From assembly GCF_024223415.1 (NCBI RefSeq), contig NZ_CP100503.1: 64,000 nt of DNA. One strand, given 5' to 3'. Made by a program: the position numbers and the translations under genes. Shown here piece after piece: positions 33,309-41,797 of the stretch; the first letter of the stretch is position 1; every line of letters begins with the position of its first letter. Below the pieces are notes generated by a model. The model saw only the letters and a program-made list of their open reading frames with translations, made no database searches and was not told the origin of the DNA. This DNA comes from Escherichia coli (GTDB lineage Bacteria > Pseudomonadota > Gammaproteobacteria > Enterobacterales > Enterobacteriaceae).

Positions 33309-34417
33309 GAACATCGTTAGTTACCCGTGAAGAGATGATCGAGGCAATTGAACAGCACACTGCCTGTATCAGTACCAGGGATATACCGGGCGTTATTGCC
33401 AACTACTTCATGATCACCAAACAACTTTACCGGAGAAAGGACAAAAACGCGGTTCACCGCATTCTGCTAACCGATATCCGTGAATACCTGCTCGAACAGG
33501 GTCATCTGAATTACGCAACCGTCGCAGCCGAAGCACGCAAGGAGGCACACAGAATGAAAGCAACTAACGTTAAATCAGAAAAAATTTATGCACCTTCAGT
33601 TCAGGAATCGGAACTGGTGGTTGTTCAGAATCAGCCGGATGAAATTCCCGTTCTGGAATGGCAGGGAGTACGTGTCGTGACAACCGAAACTCTTGCTAGA
33701 GGGTATGGGACCGAAACTAATAACATCAAAGTTAACTATACGCGTAATGCTGATCGCTTTGAGGAAGGTAAACATTACTTTCTACTAACTGGTTCAAAAT
33801 TAAAAGAATTGAAGGACAAGGTTACTCAAAGTAACTTAGTCGCACCGCGAGCAAAGCACCTCACTCTCTGGACGGAACGCGGCGCAGCCCGCCACGCTAA
33901 AATGCTCGAAACCGATCAGGCATGGGCATTCTTTGAAAAACTGGAAGACAGCTACTTCCGACAAAAAGAACAGCAACCGATCGCAATCCCCCAGACGCTT
34001 CCTGAAGCTCTGCGCCTGGCTGCCGAACTGGCTGAACAAAAGCAACTTCTGGAACAGAAAGCCCACCAGCTAAATCAGCAGCTGGTGGCCGCAGCCCCTA
34101 AAGTCGAGTTTGCCGACCGGGTATCAGTGGCCAAGGGGATCCTGATTGGGAATTTTGCAAAGGTTGTTGGACTTAAGCAAAACGCGCTGTTTGCCTGGTT
34201 ACGGGAGAACGGCATCCTGATAGCGTCCGGTGGACGTAAAAATGTGCCGTTCCAGCAATACATCAACGCCGGGTATTTCACGGTGAAAGAAGTGGTGCTG
34301 GATGATGAAGATGGCTACCAGATACGGTTGACGCCCCAGCTAACTGGGAAAGGCCAGCAGTGGTTGACGCGTAAACTGCTCGATGCTGGCTTGTTAAAAC
34401 CGGTGGCGGCTGAATAA
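33305..34417 (+). CDS. ant: Antirepressor Ant, copy c (ORF6N/Bro-like middle), 370 aa
   Basis: Collinear with copy a. The middle domain reads VLEWQGVRVVTTETLARGYGTETNNIKVNYTRNADRFEEGKHYFLL. Confidence 0.8.
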   Translation: MRTSLVTREEMIEAIEQHTACISTRDIPGVIANYFMITKQLYRRKDKNAVHRILLTDIREYLLEQGHLNYATVAAEARKEAHRMKATNVKSEKIYAPSVQESELVVVQNQPDEIPVLEWQGVRVVTTETLARGYGTETNNIKVNYTRNADRFEEGKHYFLLTGSKLKELKDKVTQSNLVAPRAKHLTLWTERGAARHAKMLETDQAWAFFEKLEDSYFRQKEQQPIAIPQTLPEALRLAAELAEQKQLLEQKAHQLNQQLVAAAPKVEFADRVSVAKGILIGNFAKVVGLKQNALFAWLRENGILIASGGRKNVPFQQYINAGYFTVKEVVLDDEDGYQIRLTPQLTGKGQQWLTRKLLDAGLLKPVAAE

Positions 34418-34425
34418 TGGAAGAA

Positions 34426-34445
34426 TGCCCGGTTGATGCCGGGCA
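34426..34445. terminator. Hairpin after ant(c), same element as after ant(a)
   Basis: tgcccgg-ttgatg-ccgggca. Confidence 0.4.
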
Positions 34446-34459
34446 AAAGGGCGGAAAGT

Positions 34460-34708
34460 TTAATCAGCATTCAGGAGCAATGCGTTATCTATGATGATCT
34501 GCTCCCATTCTTCGAATGCCCGGTCGCGGACGCCCTGGGGAACACTGTTAGTTTTGAAATCGACGACCATACGCCATTTCCCGTCCGGACGGTACATGCG
34601 CAGAGCTTTACTTCCCCCTTCCCTGCGCACCTCAACGTTATGCTTGTCAGCAAACTCTTGTAATGCTCGTAGCGTCCCATGCTTTACTGTGTAGTATCGC
34701 TTTTTCAA
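34460..34708 (-). CDS. Hypothetical 82-aa protein
   Basis: ORF with ATGA-type overlap with the upstream 146-aa gene. No family recognised. Confidence 0.5.
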   Translation of the reverse strand: MKKRYYTVKHGTLRALQEFADKHNVEVRREGGSKALRMYRPDGKWRMVVDFKTNSVPQGVRDRAFEEWEQIIIDNALLLNAD

Positions 34709-35145
34709 GTTTTCTCTCCAGCCTGTGCCAAGGCTTCAACTTCCAAATCGTAAGACTCAAACTCATAGTCCTGGTCGTCAACTTCTTCAGGCACTGGCAG
34801 TAAGTGCCAGGCTGAGTATATCTGACCATTATCAAAACGCTCCTGGCTGTAGAGCGTCGCGGCTATGAGTGTTAGCGCCGGGCGGTCATAACGGTAAATT
34901 TTGCGAACGTCACGGTCAACGAGACGACCGAAATTACCATAACCGCGCTCCAGTAATAATTTTTTAATTTCCGGCCAGTATGGACCATAGCTGCGGTACA
35001 GGCGGTGATTTTTCAGTAATCGCCCGCGTAGCCCTGACAGGAAGAAATCAACGTATTCGTCTTCTGTCTTTCCTAACAACGCTGTACGGAGTACCGCCTC
35101 AAGATATGTTTTATTCGGTTTTATTGTATCAGATAGTGTGGCCAT
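34705..35145 (-). CDS. Hypothetical 146-aa protein downstream of the darB-like gene
   Basis: ORF lying 33 nt downstream of the darB-like stop on the same strand. Confidence 0.55.
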   Translation of the reverse strand: MATLSDTIKPNKTYLEAVLRTALLGKTEDEYVDFFLSGLRGRLLKNHRLYRSYGPYWPEIKKLLLERGYGNFGRLVDRDVRKIYRYDRPALTLIAATLYSQERFDNGQIYSAWHLLPVPEEVDDQDYEFESYDLEVEALAQAGEKT

Positions 35146-35178
35146 ATTATGCGACGCCCGGCGAACCGGGCGCTCCTG

Positions 35179-38100
35179 TTATGCGTATTGTTGGATGACG
35201 GCCAGAACGTCCGCCACGTTGTGTTTTGTCTCGATAATCCACCAGTTACCCGGGAAATCGCTGTTCTTCGCCTTCGCTGGCAGCCAGCGAGCGCCGAATT
35301 TCGCCTTGATTGCGTCTTTCGCACGGAAAAGAACCCCTTTCATGCCTGAGGCTTCCTGAAGCCCAAATACCTCGCCAGCGGCGAATTTTGGTGCGTACAT
35401 CATCTTCAGGTCGGCGGTGGATACGCGATAATTCAGGCCAAGAGACTGAGCTATGCTGGTGGCATCACCCTGTATTGATGATAACTCTTCTTGTTTCTCG
35501 TTTCTGGCGGCAATCTCTTCCTCCGTGATGTTGCCAAGGGCCAGGTTTATCCGATCAGCGTCGGCCTGTTTCTCTTCATCGGTGCGCCCGGCAAGAACCG
35601 TGTTAATTCTCTGCAATATCTCCACATGATTCTTGCGCATGCTGAGCAATTCCGGCGTAACCTCGTTAAGATCCACCAGCCCAAGGATGGCAAGGTCGGA
35701 AAACATTGATACCAGGTTGTAGGTCATGCGATAGCTGAGTTGACCATAGGCTGATGGCAACTTCACCGCATCCATTTGATAGGCATCCATAAATTTAGAG
35801 CCGTCGTTTACGACATCCGCTATTGCAGGTGTGATTTTCCCTGTGGTGGCGGCCTCCCTGATTGCTGTTACCCACGATTGAGTCAGCGCGGCGACTGCAT
35901 GATTCAGATTGGCTTTCCGTTCTGCTGCGATGCGCGCGCTTGCTGCGTCCATTGCCTGCTTGATCTCGGCTTTATTGCTGTAAATGCCAATGGTGCCAAA
36001 CTGTGCTGTGGTGATCTCATAATCTGACGCCCGGAACTCATTGGTACCGAAAATGGCATTGGTGACTTCAAGTTCAGAATCCCCGTTACGAGTAGCCCCC
36101 TGGCTTGTTTTTTCCGGCATTCTGGCGATCGCATCCGCTATTTTCTCCTGAATTGCTTCAGGGGATAGCGTATCTCCGTATGACGCGATTACATCGCCAT
36201 AATTGGAGCCAAACAATTCAACCAGGAATGTTTCTGCCGAACGGATCTGGCGGTTATTCCCTTCCGACATCATACCAAGCACCCATTTTGCAATTGACGA
36301 CTTCAGCGCGCCGTCACGGCGATCCGGGTAAACCGCATGCTTCAGTGGGTCCGTATAGGTACCAACAAAATCAATGCTATAGCCTGACTCTGTAGTCTGA
36401 ACGCCGTATGAGTCAGTGATTTTGATCATGCCGCGCTGCTGGAAACGGTAGAAATCGTCACAGGAAATGATGTCGTTAATCCCGGCGATGGAGACGCCAC
36501 CACTGATTTTCTGCATAACAGCATCTTCATCGGGAGTTACATCCACCTGTTTATCCAGCGTCTTCACATCCCAGTTACCCGATTTGGTGCCTTTGAAGGT
36601 AAAGATGATCTCCACGTCTGCGCGCTGGCTGTCGAAGTCCAGCGACTTAATGCGAACGATATCACCGGCACAATCGTAGTATTGGCCTACACGCCATGAG
36701 CGATCGCCGATAACAAGGAACTCACTCGCATGGTTAACCAGGTCAGGATCAACATCCAGAATGCCTTTATTTATTGCATCCTCCACCAGCGGGCGCAGGC
36801 GTTTGATATCCGTCGCGGCCTTCTGAGTACGGTTCAATAATTTCTCATAGCGGGAGATGGCTTGAGAGATATTAGCCTTGCGCTGAATGGCGTTTTTCAA
36901 CGACGCGCGATACTGTGCTAACAACATACGGTCTGTGTGATGGACGCTCCCCCAGCGGGCCTTCCAGTCTGCGTTATCAGCTGCTTTGGCCATTACCGCC
37001 TGTTTGAATTTAGCTACCTCGGCGGTGGTCTTTTCAAGTTCCGCTTTGCTTCGCTCTAATTCAGCGGTAAGTACCTCCACATCCTCGCCAGCTGCGTGCT
37101 GCGCCTTGATGTAGTTCTGAAGGTCGATAGTAGCCTGTTCTTTCTGGCGAGCGCGTTGCGCGGCTTTCGCCTTATCCATTTGAACCTGCATCATTGCCAG
37201 ACGTTCGCCATCATCCTTAGCGGTATACATCTGCATTTCGATCATATCGTTGGCGTCGGCGTTCTCCATTTCAGACTTATCTGAGCGGAGGATATCGGAG
37301 ATCCAGCCTGCTTTACGCTTCAGCGTCTTCAGTCGGTATTCATCGAAAGAACCCTTGCCGCAGTAGTAGTGAACGCGAACGCTTGCACGGTTGGAACCAA
37401 CTCGGGCACCGCGACCGTTACGCTGTGCGATACTGGCTGGTGTCCATGGCAACGTCAGATGATGGATGTCAGTCGTTCCTCGATGCAGGTTGATACCCAC
37501 CTCTGCCTTTTTGTTGCAGATGATGATCGGAGTCCGGCCCTCCTGGAAGTCGGCAGCAATCTTTTCCAGCCCACCCAGCGACATTTCATTTTGCTGCGCG
37601 ATATAGGCGTCATACAGAGCCATTTGCTCGTTGTATTTCGCTATCTGTGCATCTGTTGGTTCATCCGGTAGCTCTTTCGGCGGTTTAACCGCTTTCAGTT
37701 TCTTACCGGTTTTACCTGCCTCGGCAACCGTCTGAGCATTCAGGATCCCCACCTTTGAAGGTTCAAGGTTAAGAGCATTGCAGATAATGCGCTTGAGCTT
37801 CTGGTGTTGCGTTTTTTCATCGGTGAAGATGATTTGCTTACCTTCCGGGAAAAACTCCTTCAGCGTGGCGATCAGCTTCGCGTATTTCGGCGTAACGGGG
37901 TGAGTTACGGTCTGTTCGTCAATGCCAAACCTGGCCAGGCGCTTATTCACTTCCTGCTCGAACGCTTCCGGAACCTGCAACTGAATAAACTCGCCCTTAT
38001 CTATCAGGGAGTATTGCGATTGCTGCGTGATCGAATCATCACTGTCGTCGTCTTCGCTGGTGGCTTGTTTAGGCAAACTGTCCGCCAGCTGCTGCACCGC

Positions 38101-40068
38101 ATCGGCGTACTCCGGCAGGAAACGATAGGTGATCCTGCGATAGTACAGGTCCATGTCAGTACATACGCGGTCCATATCCCTGATTATTGAGAAGATCGGA
38201 CGGGCTTTCTCGTGCTCAATCACGCCGTCTTCATTGACCGAGGTCGTTACGCCATTGTTGGCTTTGGCTGCCGCTTCCGCCTGCTGACGCAATTCTTCAT
38301 ACGCCGCCAGTTGTTCTTCCGTAAGTGGTGCATCCTGCTGGTGTTCGTCCAGTTCCGGGATCTCCACGGTATCCTTAACGTCTTCCGCCGTTTTAAGCGT
38401 TGTCCAGCGATGGAATATGCCGCGCAGCGCATCAAGGTTTTCAAAGCCCACCAGCGCCATTTTTTCTTCAACTTCACCGCTAATTTTCTGTACCGTTTCC
38501 AGCCTGGTCTTGCCGAAGAATTTAACGAAGTCATCAGGACCGTAGATCCCCATCTTCTGCCAGTATTCCTTCGGCAGCACATGAGAAAGCATGTTGTATG
38601 CATCGATCGGGGTGTTAACGACTGGCGTTGCAGTCAGGAGAACCGGTCCGCGCCCACCATTCTTTTTCATCAGGTACGCGTTTTTAATTGCCATATCCCG
38701 CGCCGATTGCGCCACCGCGCTGGTGGGCAGATAGGCCAGTTGTGACGCTTCGCGACCATTTTTATAGCTATTGCGGTAGTTGTGACCTTCGTCAGCGATC
38801 ACACTATCGAAGCCCATATCCTCAAAGTACGGATACTTCTCTGCTTTTTCGGTGCCGGTATCTGAATACTCCGACAATACCCGGCGACGCGCGGCCTCTT
38901 TGCGGTGGGAGTCGGAGTCCATTGCGCTGGCTACGCGCCCGGCGGCAACGAAGTCATAAAGCATATCCTGTGCATGCTCATCTACGGTGTCATCACGTAG
39001 CGGAATGCGGGCGTATTGTTCTTTGGTAAACACGACTGCACGGTAATTTGAGTGCGGGATCGCGTTCATCCGCGCCGTGATAGTGGCTTCATCTGCCAGC
39101 TTAAGAGCATCGCGCATAACTGGAGTGCCATCAGTACCAAGAACAGGTTTACCGTTCTCATTGAGCACCGGCACCTGGCGAATCTGATCGCCATCCATCA
39201 GCACATCAAGACCGACGAACAGGTAGTTACTGAATGCCTCTTCACTCAGGAACTCTTTTGCTTCGTAATACCAGTTTTCCAGCACTGATTTAGGCACTAC
39301 ATACGCAGTACGGGTGGAACGACCGTTCTCATAGTTGAACGCCTCAAGCGCCAGCGCGGTCGTGGTTTTACCCAGCCCGGTACCGAAGCCCAGGATGCCG
39401 CGCCCATCTTCGGACAGTCGGCGCACCTCGCTATTCTGGTAATCAAATGGCTGTCGCTTACCGCTTAATCCCTTCAACCCAAGCGGATCGCCAGAGTGTT
39501 CATACGGGATATTGCTATTGAACACATCGTTGTATTTGGCAACCAGCTCATCGTAGCGATCGTGCGTCTTGATCCACTTATTGAACTGGTCCTCAAGCAG
39601 TGCCATCTGCTCGCGGTAGCCGTTCGCCGTCGCGCTATCTTTGCCACCGATACGCGCACCATTGAGATACTTTTCCAGCTGTGCCGGGAACCCGGTCGCG
39701 TTTTCACCTGATTTACGGTCCCACTCGTAGCGGATCTCGCCTGTTTCTTTATCCTTGCGCTGGACGACACCGTATCGGTGCCCGACGAACAGACCATCAC
39801 CACCGTGATAGGTGTCAGAAACCATTTCGTCGCCTTCCAGCTGCACTGACTGCACATAGCGAAGATCCGGATAGCCGTTTTCCTGCAAAAATTCCAGAAT
39901 GACGGAACGGTCGAACCAACGGCTATTGAGCTTAAAGCGGATATTCTCTGCTGGCGTCTTGATGCGCTTCTCTTCGATCGCTGCCAGCTGATTAAGGACG
40001 TTGTTCTTTACCCAGTGCGCCGTAAAGCCCCGTCCTTCAGGTCGGGGATATAAGGCGCGGTTTTCCAC
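35179..40068 (-). CDS. darB: DarB-like giant SF2 helicase, N-terminally truncated by IS copy 1 (native sequence ends at 40011; first 19 codons come from the IS left end)
   Basis: Helicase motifs GFGTGLGKTTTAL, VIADEGHNYRN, LLTATPVVNTP and QRNGRGARVG are present. The reading frame enters the IS at TTAC (40008-40011). No methyltransferase domain is present upstream. Confidence 0.7.
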   Translation of the reverse strand: MENRALYPRPEGRGFTAHWVKNNVLNQLAAIEEKRIKTPAENIRFKLNSRWFDRSVILEFLQENGYPDLRYVQSVQLEGDEMVSDTYHGGDGLFVGHRYGVVQRKDKETGEIRYEWDRKSGENATGFPAQLEKYLNGARIGGKDSATANGYREQMALLEDQFNKWIKTHDRYDELVAKYNDVFNSNIPYEHSGDPLGLKGLSGKRQPFDYQNSEVRRLSEDGRGILGFGTGLGKTTTALALEAFNYENGRSTRTAYVVPKSVLENWYYEAKEFLSEEAFSNYLFVGLDVLMDGDQIRQVPVLNENGKPVLGTDGTPVMRDALKLADEATITARMNAIPHSNYRAVVFTKEQYARIPLRDDTVDEHAQDMLYDFVAAGRVASAMDSDSHRKEAARRRVLSEYSDTGTEKAEKYPYFEDMGFDSVIADEGHNYRNSYKNGREASQLAYLPTSAVAQSARDMAIKNAYLMKKNGGRGPVLLTATPVVNTPIDAYNMLSHVLPKEYWQKMGIYGPDDFVKFFGKTRLETVQKISGEVEEKMALVGFENLDALRGIFHRWTTLKTAEDVKDTVEIPELDEHQQDAPLTEEQLAAYEELRQQAEAAAKANNGVTTSVNEDGVIEHEKARPIFSIIRDMDRVCTDMDLYYRRITYRFLPEYADAVQQLADSLPKQATSEDDDSDDSITQQSQYSLIDKGEFIQLQVPEAFEQEVNKRLARFGIDEQTVTHPVTPKYAKLIATLKEFFPEGKQIIFTDEKTQHQKLKRIICNALNLEPSKVGILNAQTVAEAGKTGKKLKAVKPPKELPDEPTDAQIAKYNEQMALYDAYIAQQNEMSLGGLEKIAADFQEGRTPIIICNKKAEVGINLHRGTTDIHHLTLPWTPASIAQRNGRGARVGSNRASVRVHYYCGKGSFDEYRLKTLKRKAGWISDILRSDKSEMENADANDMIEMQMYTAKDDGERLAMMQVQMDKAKAAQRARQKEQATIDLQNYIKAQHAAGEDVEVLTAELERSKAELEKTTAEVAKFKQAVMAKAADNADWKARWGSVHHTDRMLLAQYRASLKNAIQRKANISQAISRYEKLLNRTQKAATDIKRLRPLVEDAINKGILDVDPDLVNHASEFLVIGDRSWRVGQYYDCAGDIVRIKSLDFDSQRADVEIIFTFKGTKSGNWDVKTLDKQVDVTPDEDAVMQKISGGVSIAGINDIISCDDFYRFQQRGMIKITDSYGVQTTESGYSIDFVGTYTDPLKHAVYPDRRDGALKSSIAKWVLGMMSEGNNRQIRSAETFLVELFGSNYGDVIASYGDTLSPEAIQEKIADAIARMPEKTSQGATRNGDSELEVTNAIFGTNEFRASDYEITTAQFGTIGIYSNKAEIKQAMDAASARIAAERKANLNHAVAALTQSWVTAIREAATTGKITPAIADVVNDGSKFMDAYQMDAVKLPSAYGQLSYRMTYNLVSMFSDLAILGLVDLNEVTPELLSMRKNHVEILQRINTVLAGRTDEEKQADADRINLALGNITEEEIAARNEKQEELSSIQGDATSIAQSLGLNYRVSTADLKMMYAPKFAAGEVFGLQEASGMKGVLFRAKDAIKAKFGARWLPAKAKNSDFPGNWWIIETKHNVADVLAVIQQYA

Positions 40069-40485
40069 CTAACCAGGTGTTTGCTGTTGTTCAATGTATT
40101 GGCGGATGATGGATATTGGTGCGCCACCGCAGCTACTGGCAAAATAGCTGGGACTCCATAAAACGCCTTTGTAGTAATATCGGGCTGCAATATCTGGTCG
40201 ATCTCGTCGCAATAATCTACTCGATACGCCCTTGAGACTGTTCACCAGGCTGGATATCGCCAATTTGGGGGGATAGTTAATTAGCAGGTGAACGTGATCT
40301 CGTTCTCCATCCATTTCAACCAGTTCAGCTTCAAAATCAGCACATACACTTGAAAAGTAAGTGCGTAGTTTTTCTATTGCGTCATGGTCAAAAATCTGAC
40401 GTCGGTATTTTGCGACAAAGACCAGGTGAACGTGCATCAGGAAGACGCAGTGTCTTCCACGTCGGATATCAGTTTCTTTTTTTAT
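40069..40485 (-). CDS. tnpA: TnpA Y1 transposase, copy 1; canonical ATG replaced by ATA
   Basis: Same protein as copy 2 (KKETDIRRGRHCVFLMHVHLVFVAKYRR...SYFASSCGGAPISIIRQYIEQQQTPG), but nt 40483 is T where copy 2 has C. The copy-2 start codon is therefore ATA here. The track's 178-aa ORF uses an upstream ATG. Confidence 0.7.
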   Translation of the reverse strand: MKKETDIRRGRHCVFLMHVHLVFVAKYRRQIFDHDAIEKLRTYFSSVCADFEAELVEMDGERDHVHLLINYPPKLAISSLVNSLKGVSSRLLRRDRPDIAARYYYKGVLWSPSYFASSCGGAPISIIRQYIEQQQTPG

Positions 40486-40507
40486 GGACCAAAGTATAAT
40501 TTGGCTT

Positions 40508-41716
40508 ATGAAACGACTACAAGCTTTCAAATTCCAGTTAAGACCAAATGGACAGCAGGAGCGTGAAATGAGGCGCTTCGCGGGCGCATGTCGTTTCGTT
40601 TTCAATCGTGCTCTGGCGCTTCAGAATGAGAATCATGAGGCCGGGAACAAATATATTTCTTATGCAAAGATGACTTCCTGGCTGGTTGAATGGAAAAATG
40701 CTACTGAAACGCAATGGCTTAAAGATTCTCCCTCACAGCCATTGCAGCAGTCACTGAAAGACCTTGAGCGAGCCTACAAAAATTTCTTTCAGAAGCGTGC
40801 CTCTTTTCCCCGCTTCAAAAAGCGGGGACAGAATGATGCATTCCGCTATCCGCAGGGCGTTAAGCTCGACCAAGGGAACGGTCGTATTTTTCTGCCAAAA
40901 CTTGGCTGGATGCACTACCGGAACAGCCGTCAGGTCTCGGGGATTGTGAAAAACGTCACTGTCAGCCAGTCCTGCGGTAAGTGGTACATCAGTATTCAGA
41001 CAGAAAGTGAAGTATCAACTCCGGTTCACCCTTCAGCATCAATAGTCGGTCTGGATGCAGGCGTGGCTAAACTCGCCACGCTGTCAGATGGCACAGTCTT
41101 TGAGCCTGTAAACAGTTTTCAGAAAAACCAGAAGACGCTGGCGAGACTTCAGCGACAGTTAAGCCGCAAGGTCAAATTCAGCAACAACTGGCAGAAGCAG
41201 AAATGCAAAATACAGCGACTGCATTCCCGTATCGCAAATATCCGCAGGGACTACCTTCACAAAGTCACAACGACCGTCAGCAAAAACCACGCCATGATAG
41301 TCATTGAGGATTTGAAGGTCAGTAACATGTCAAAGTCAGCAGCGGGTACGGTCAGCCAGCCGGGGCGCAATGTCCGGGCAAAATCAGGTTTAAACCGTTC
41401 GATACTGGATCAGGGCTGGTATGAAATGCGCCGTCAGCTTGAGTACAAGCAGCTCTGGCGAGGCGGTCAGGTGCTTGCGGTTCCGCCAGCGTACACAAGC
41501 CAGCGTTGCGCGTGCTGTGGTCATACAGCGAAAGAAAACCGCCTGTCACAAAGTCAATTCAGATGCCAGGTATGTGGATATACAGCGAACGCCGATGTAA
41601 ACGGCGCTCGTAACATTTTAGCGGCGGGGCACGCCGTTCTTGCCTGTGGAGGGATGGTGCAGTCAGGCCGCCCGTTGAAGCAGGAACCCACCGAAATGAT
41701 TCAGGCGACAGCCTGA
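40508..41716 (+). CDS. tnpB: TnpB, copy 1
   Basis: [17 protein letters not shown]... with IVGLDAGV, the CACCGH..CQVCGY zinc finger and ADVNGARNI. The track start 40484 is probably 8 codons too early. Confidence 0.9.
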   Translation: MKRLQAFKFQLRPNGQQEREMRRFAGACRFVFNRALALQNENHEAGNKYISYAKMTSWLVEWKNATETQWLKDSPSQPLQQSLKDLERAYKNFFQKRASFPRFKKRGQNDAFRYPQGVKLDQGNGRIFLPKLGWMHYRNSRQVSGIVKNVTVSQSCGKWYISIQTESEVSTPVHPSASIVGLDAGVAKLATLSDGTVFEPVNSFQKNQKTLARLQRQLSRKVKFSNNWQKQKCKIQRLHSRIANIRRDYLHKVTTTVSKNHAMIVIEDLKVSNMSKSAAGTVSQPGRNVRAKSGLNRSILDQGWYEMRRQLEYKQLWRGGQVLAVPPAYTSQRCACCGHTAKENRLSQSQFRCQVCGYTANADVNGARNILAAGHAVLACGGMVQSGRPLKQEPTEMIQATA

Positions 41717-41797
41717 ACGTAGCAGGAATCCACGTCCTTCAGGGCGTGGAGGATGTCAATGGAGCCTCCCCTTCTCTGCCGACGTTCAGGGGGGTTT

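Larger units (their letters stand above)
40012..41759 (+). mobile_element. IS200/IS605-family element, copy 1 (1748 bp), inserted 3' of TTAC
   Basis: Identical apart from a few SNPs to 62292..64000. There is an imperfect LE hairpin at 40028-40047 (ccccgtccttcaggtcgggg) and an RE hairpin at 41730-41749 (ccacgtccttcagggcgtgg). The end is defined by comparison with copy 3. Confidence 0.9.

Noticed and set aside
22137-34417. Possibility that the repeated icd-ant modules are an assembly duplication artefact
   Set aside because: The copies differ by structured, compensatory changes (c4 loops and targets) and by whole-domain swaps. They also have distinct unique flanks. Collapsed or duplicated reads would give identical copies. 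Long-read confirmation is still advisable.
35310-39902. Many 60-180-aa ORFs on the plus strand inside the darB-like gene, and similar ORFs inside hsdR, hsdM and genes 22/23
   Set aside because: They are antisense shadows of long, motif-bearing genes, with no independent signals.
40008-40190. 60-aa ORF repeated at 62288..62470
   Set aside because: It lies inside the IS left end and overlaps the tnpA 3' end in another frame. It is duplicated only because the IS is duplicated.
40069-40605. 178-aa versions of TnpA (also 62349..62885)
   Set aside because: Y1 transposases of this family are about 130-150 aa. The extra 40 N-terminal codons overlap the divergent tnpB start and carry no conserved motif. 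Copy 2 has a proper ATG at the expected position.
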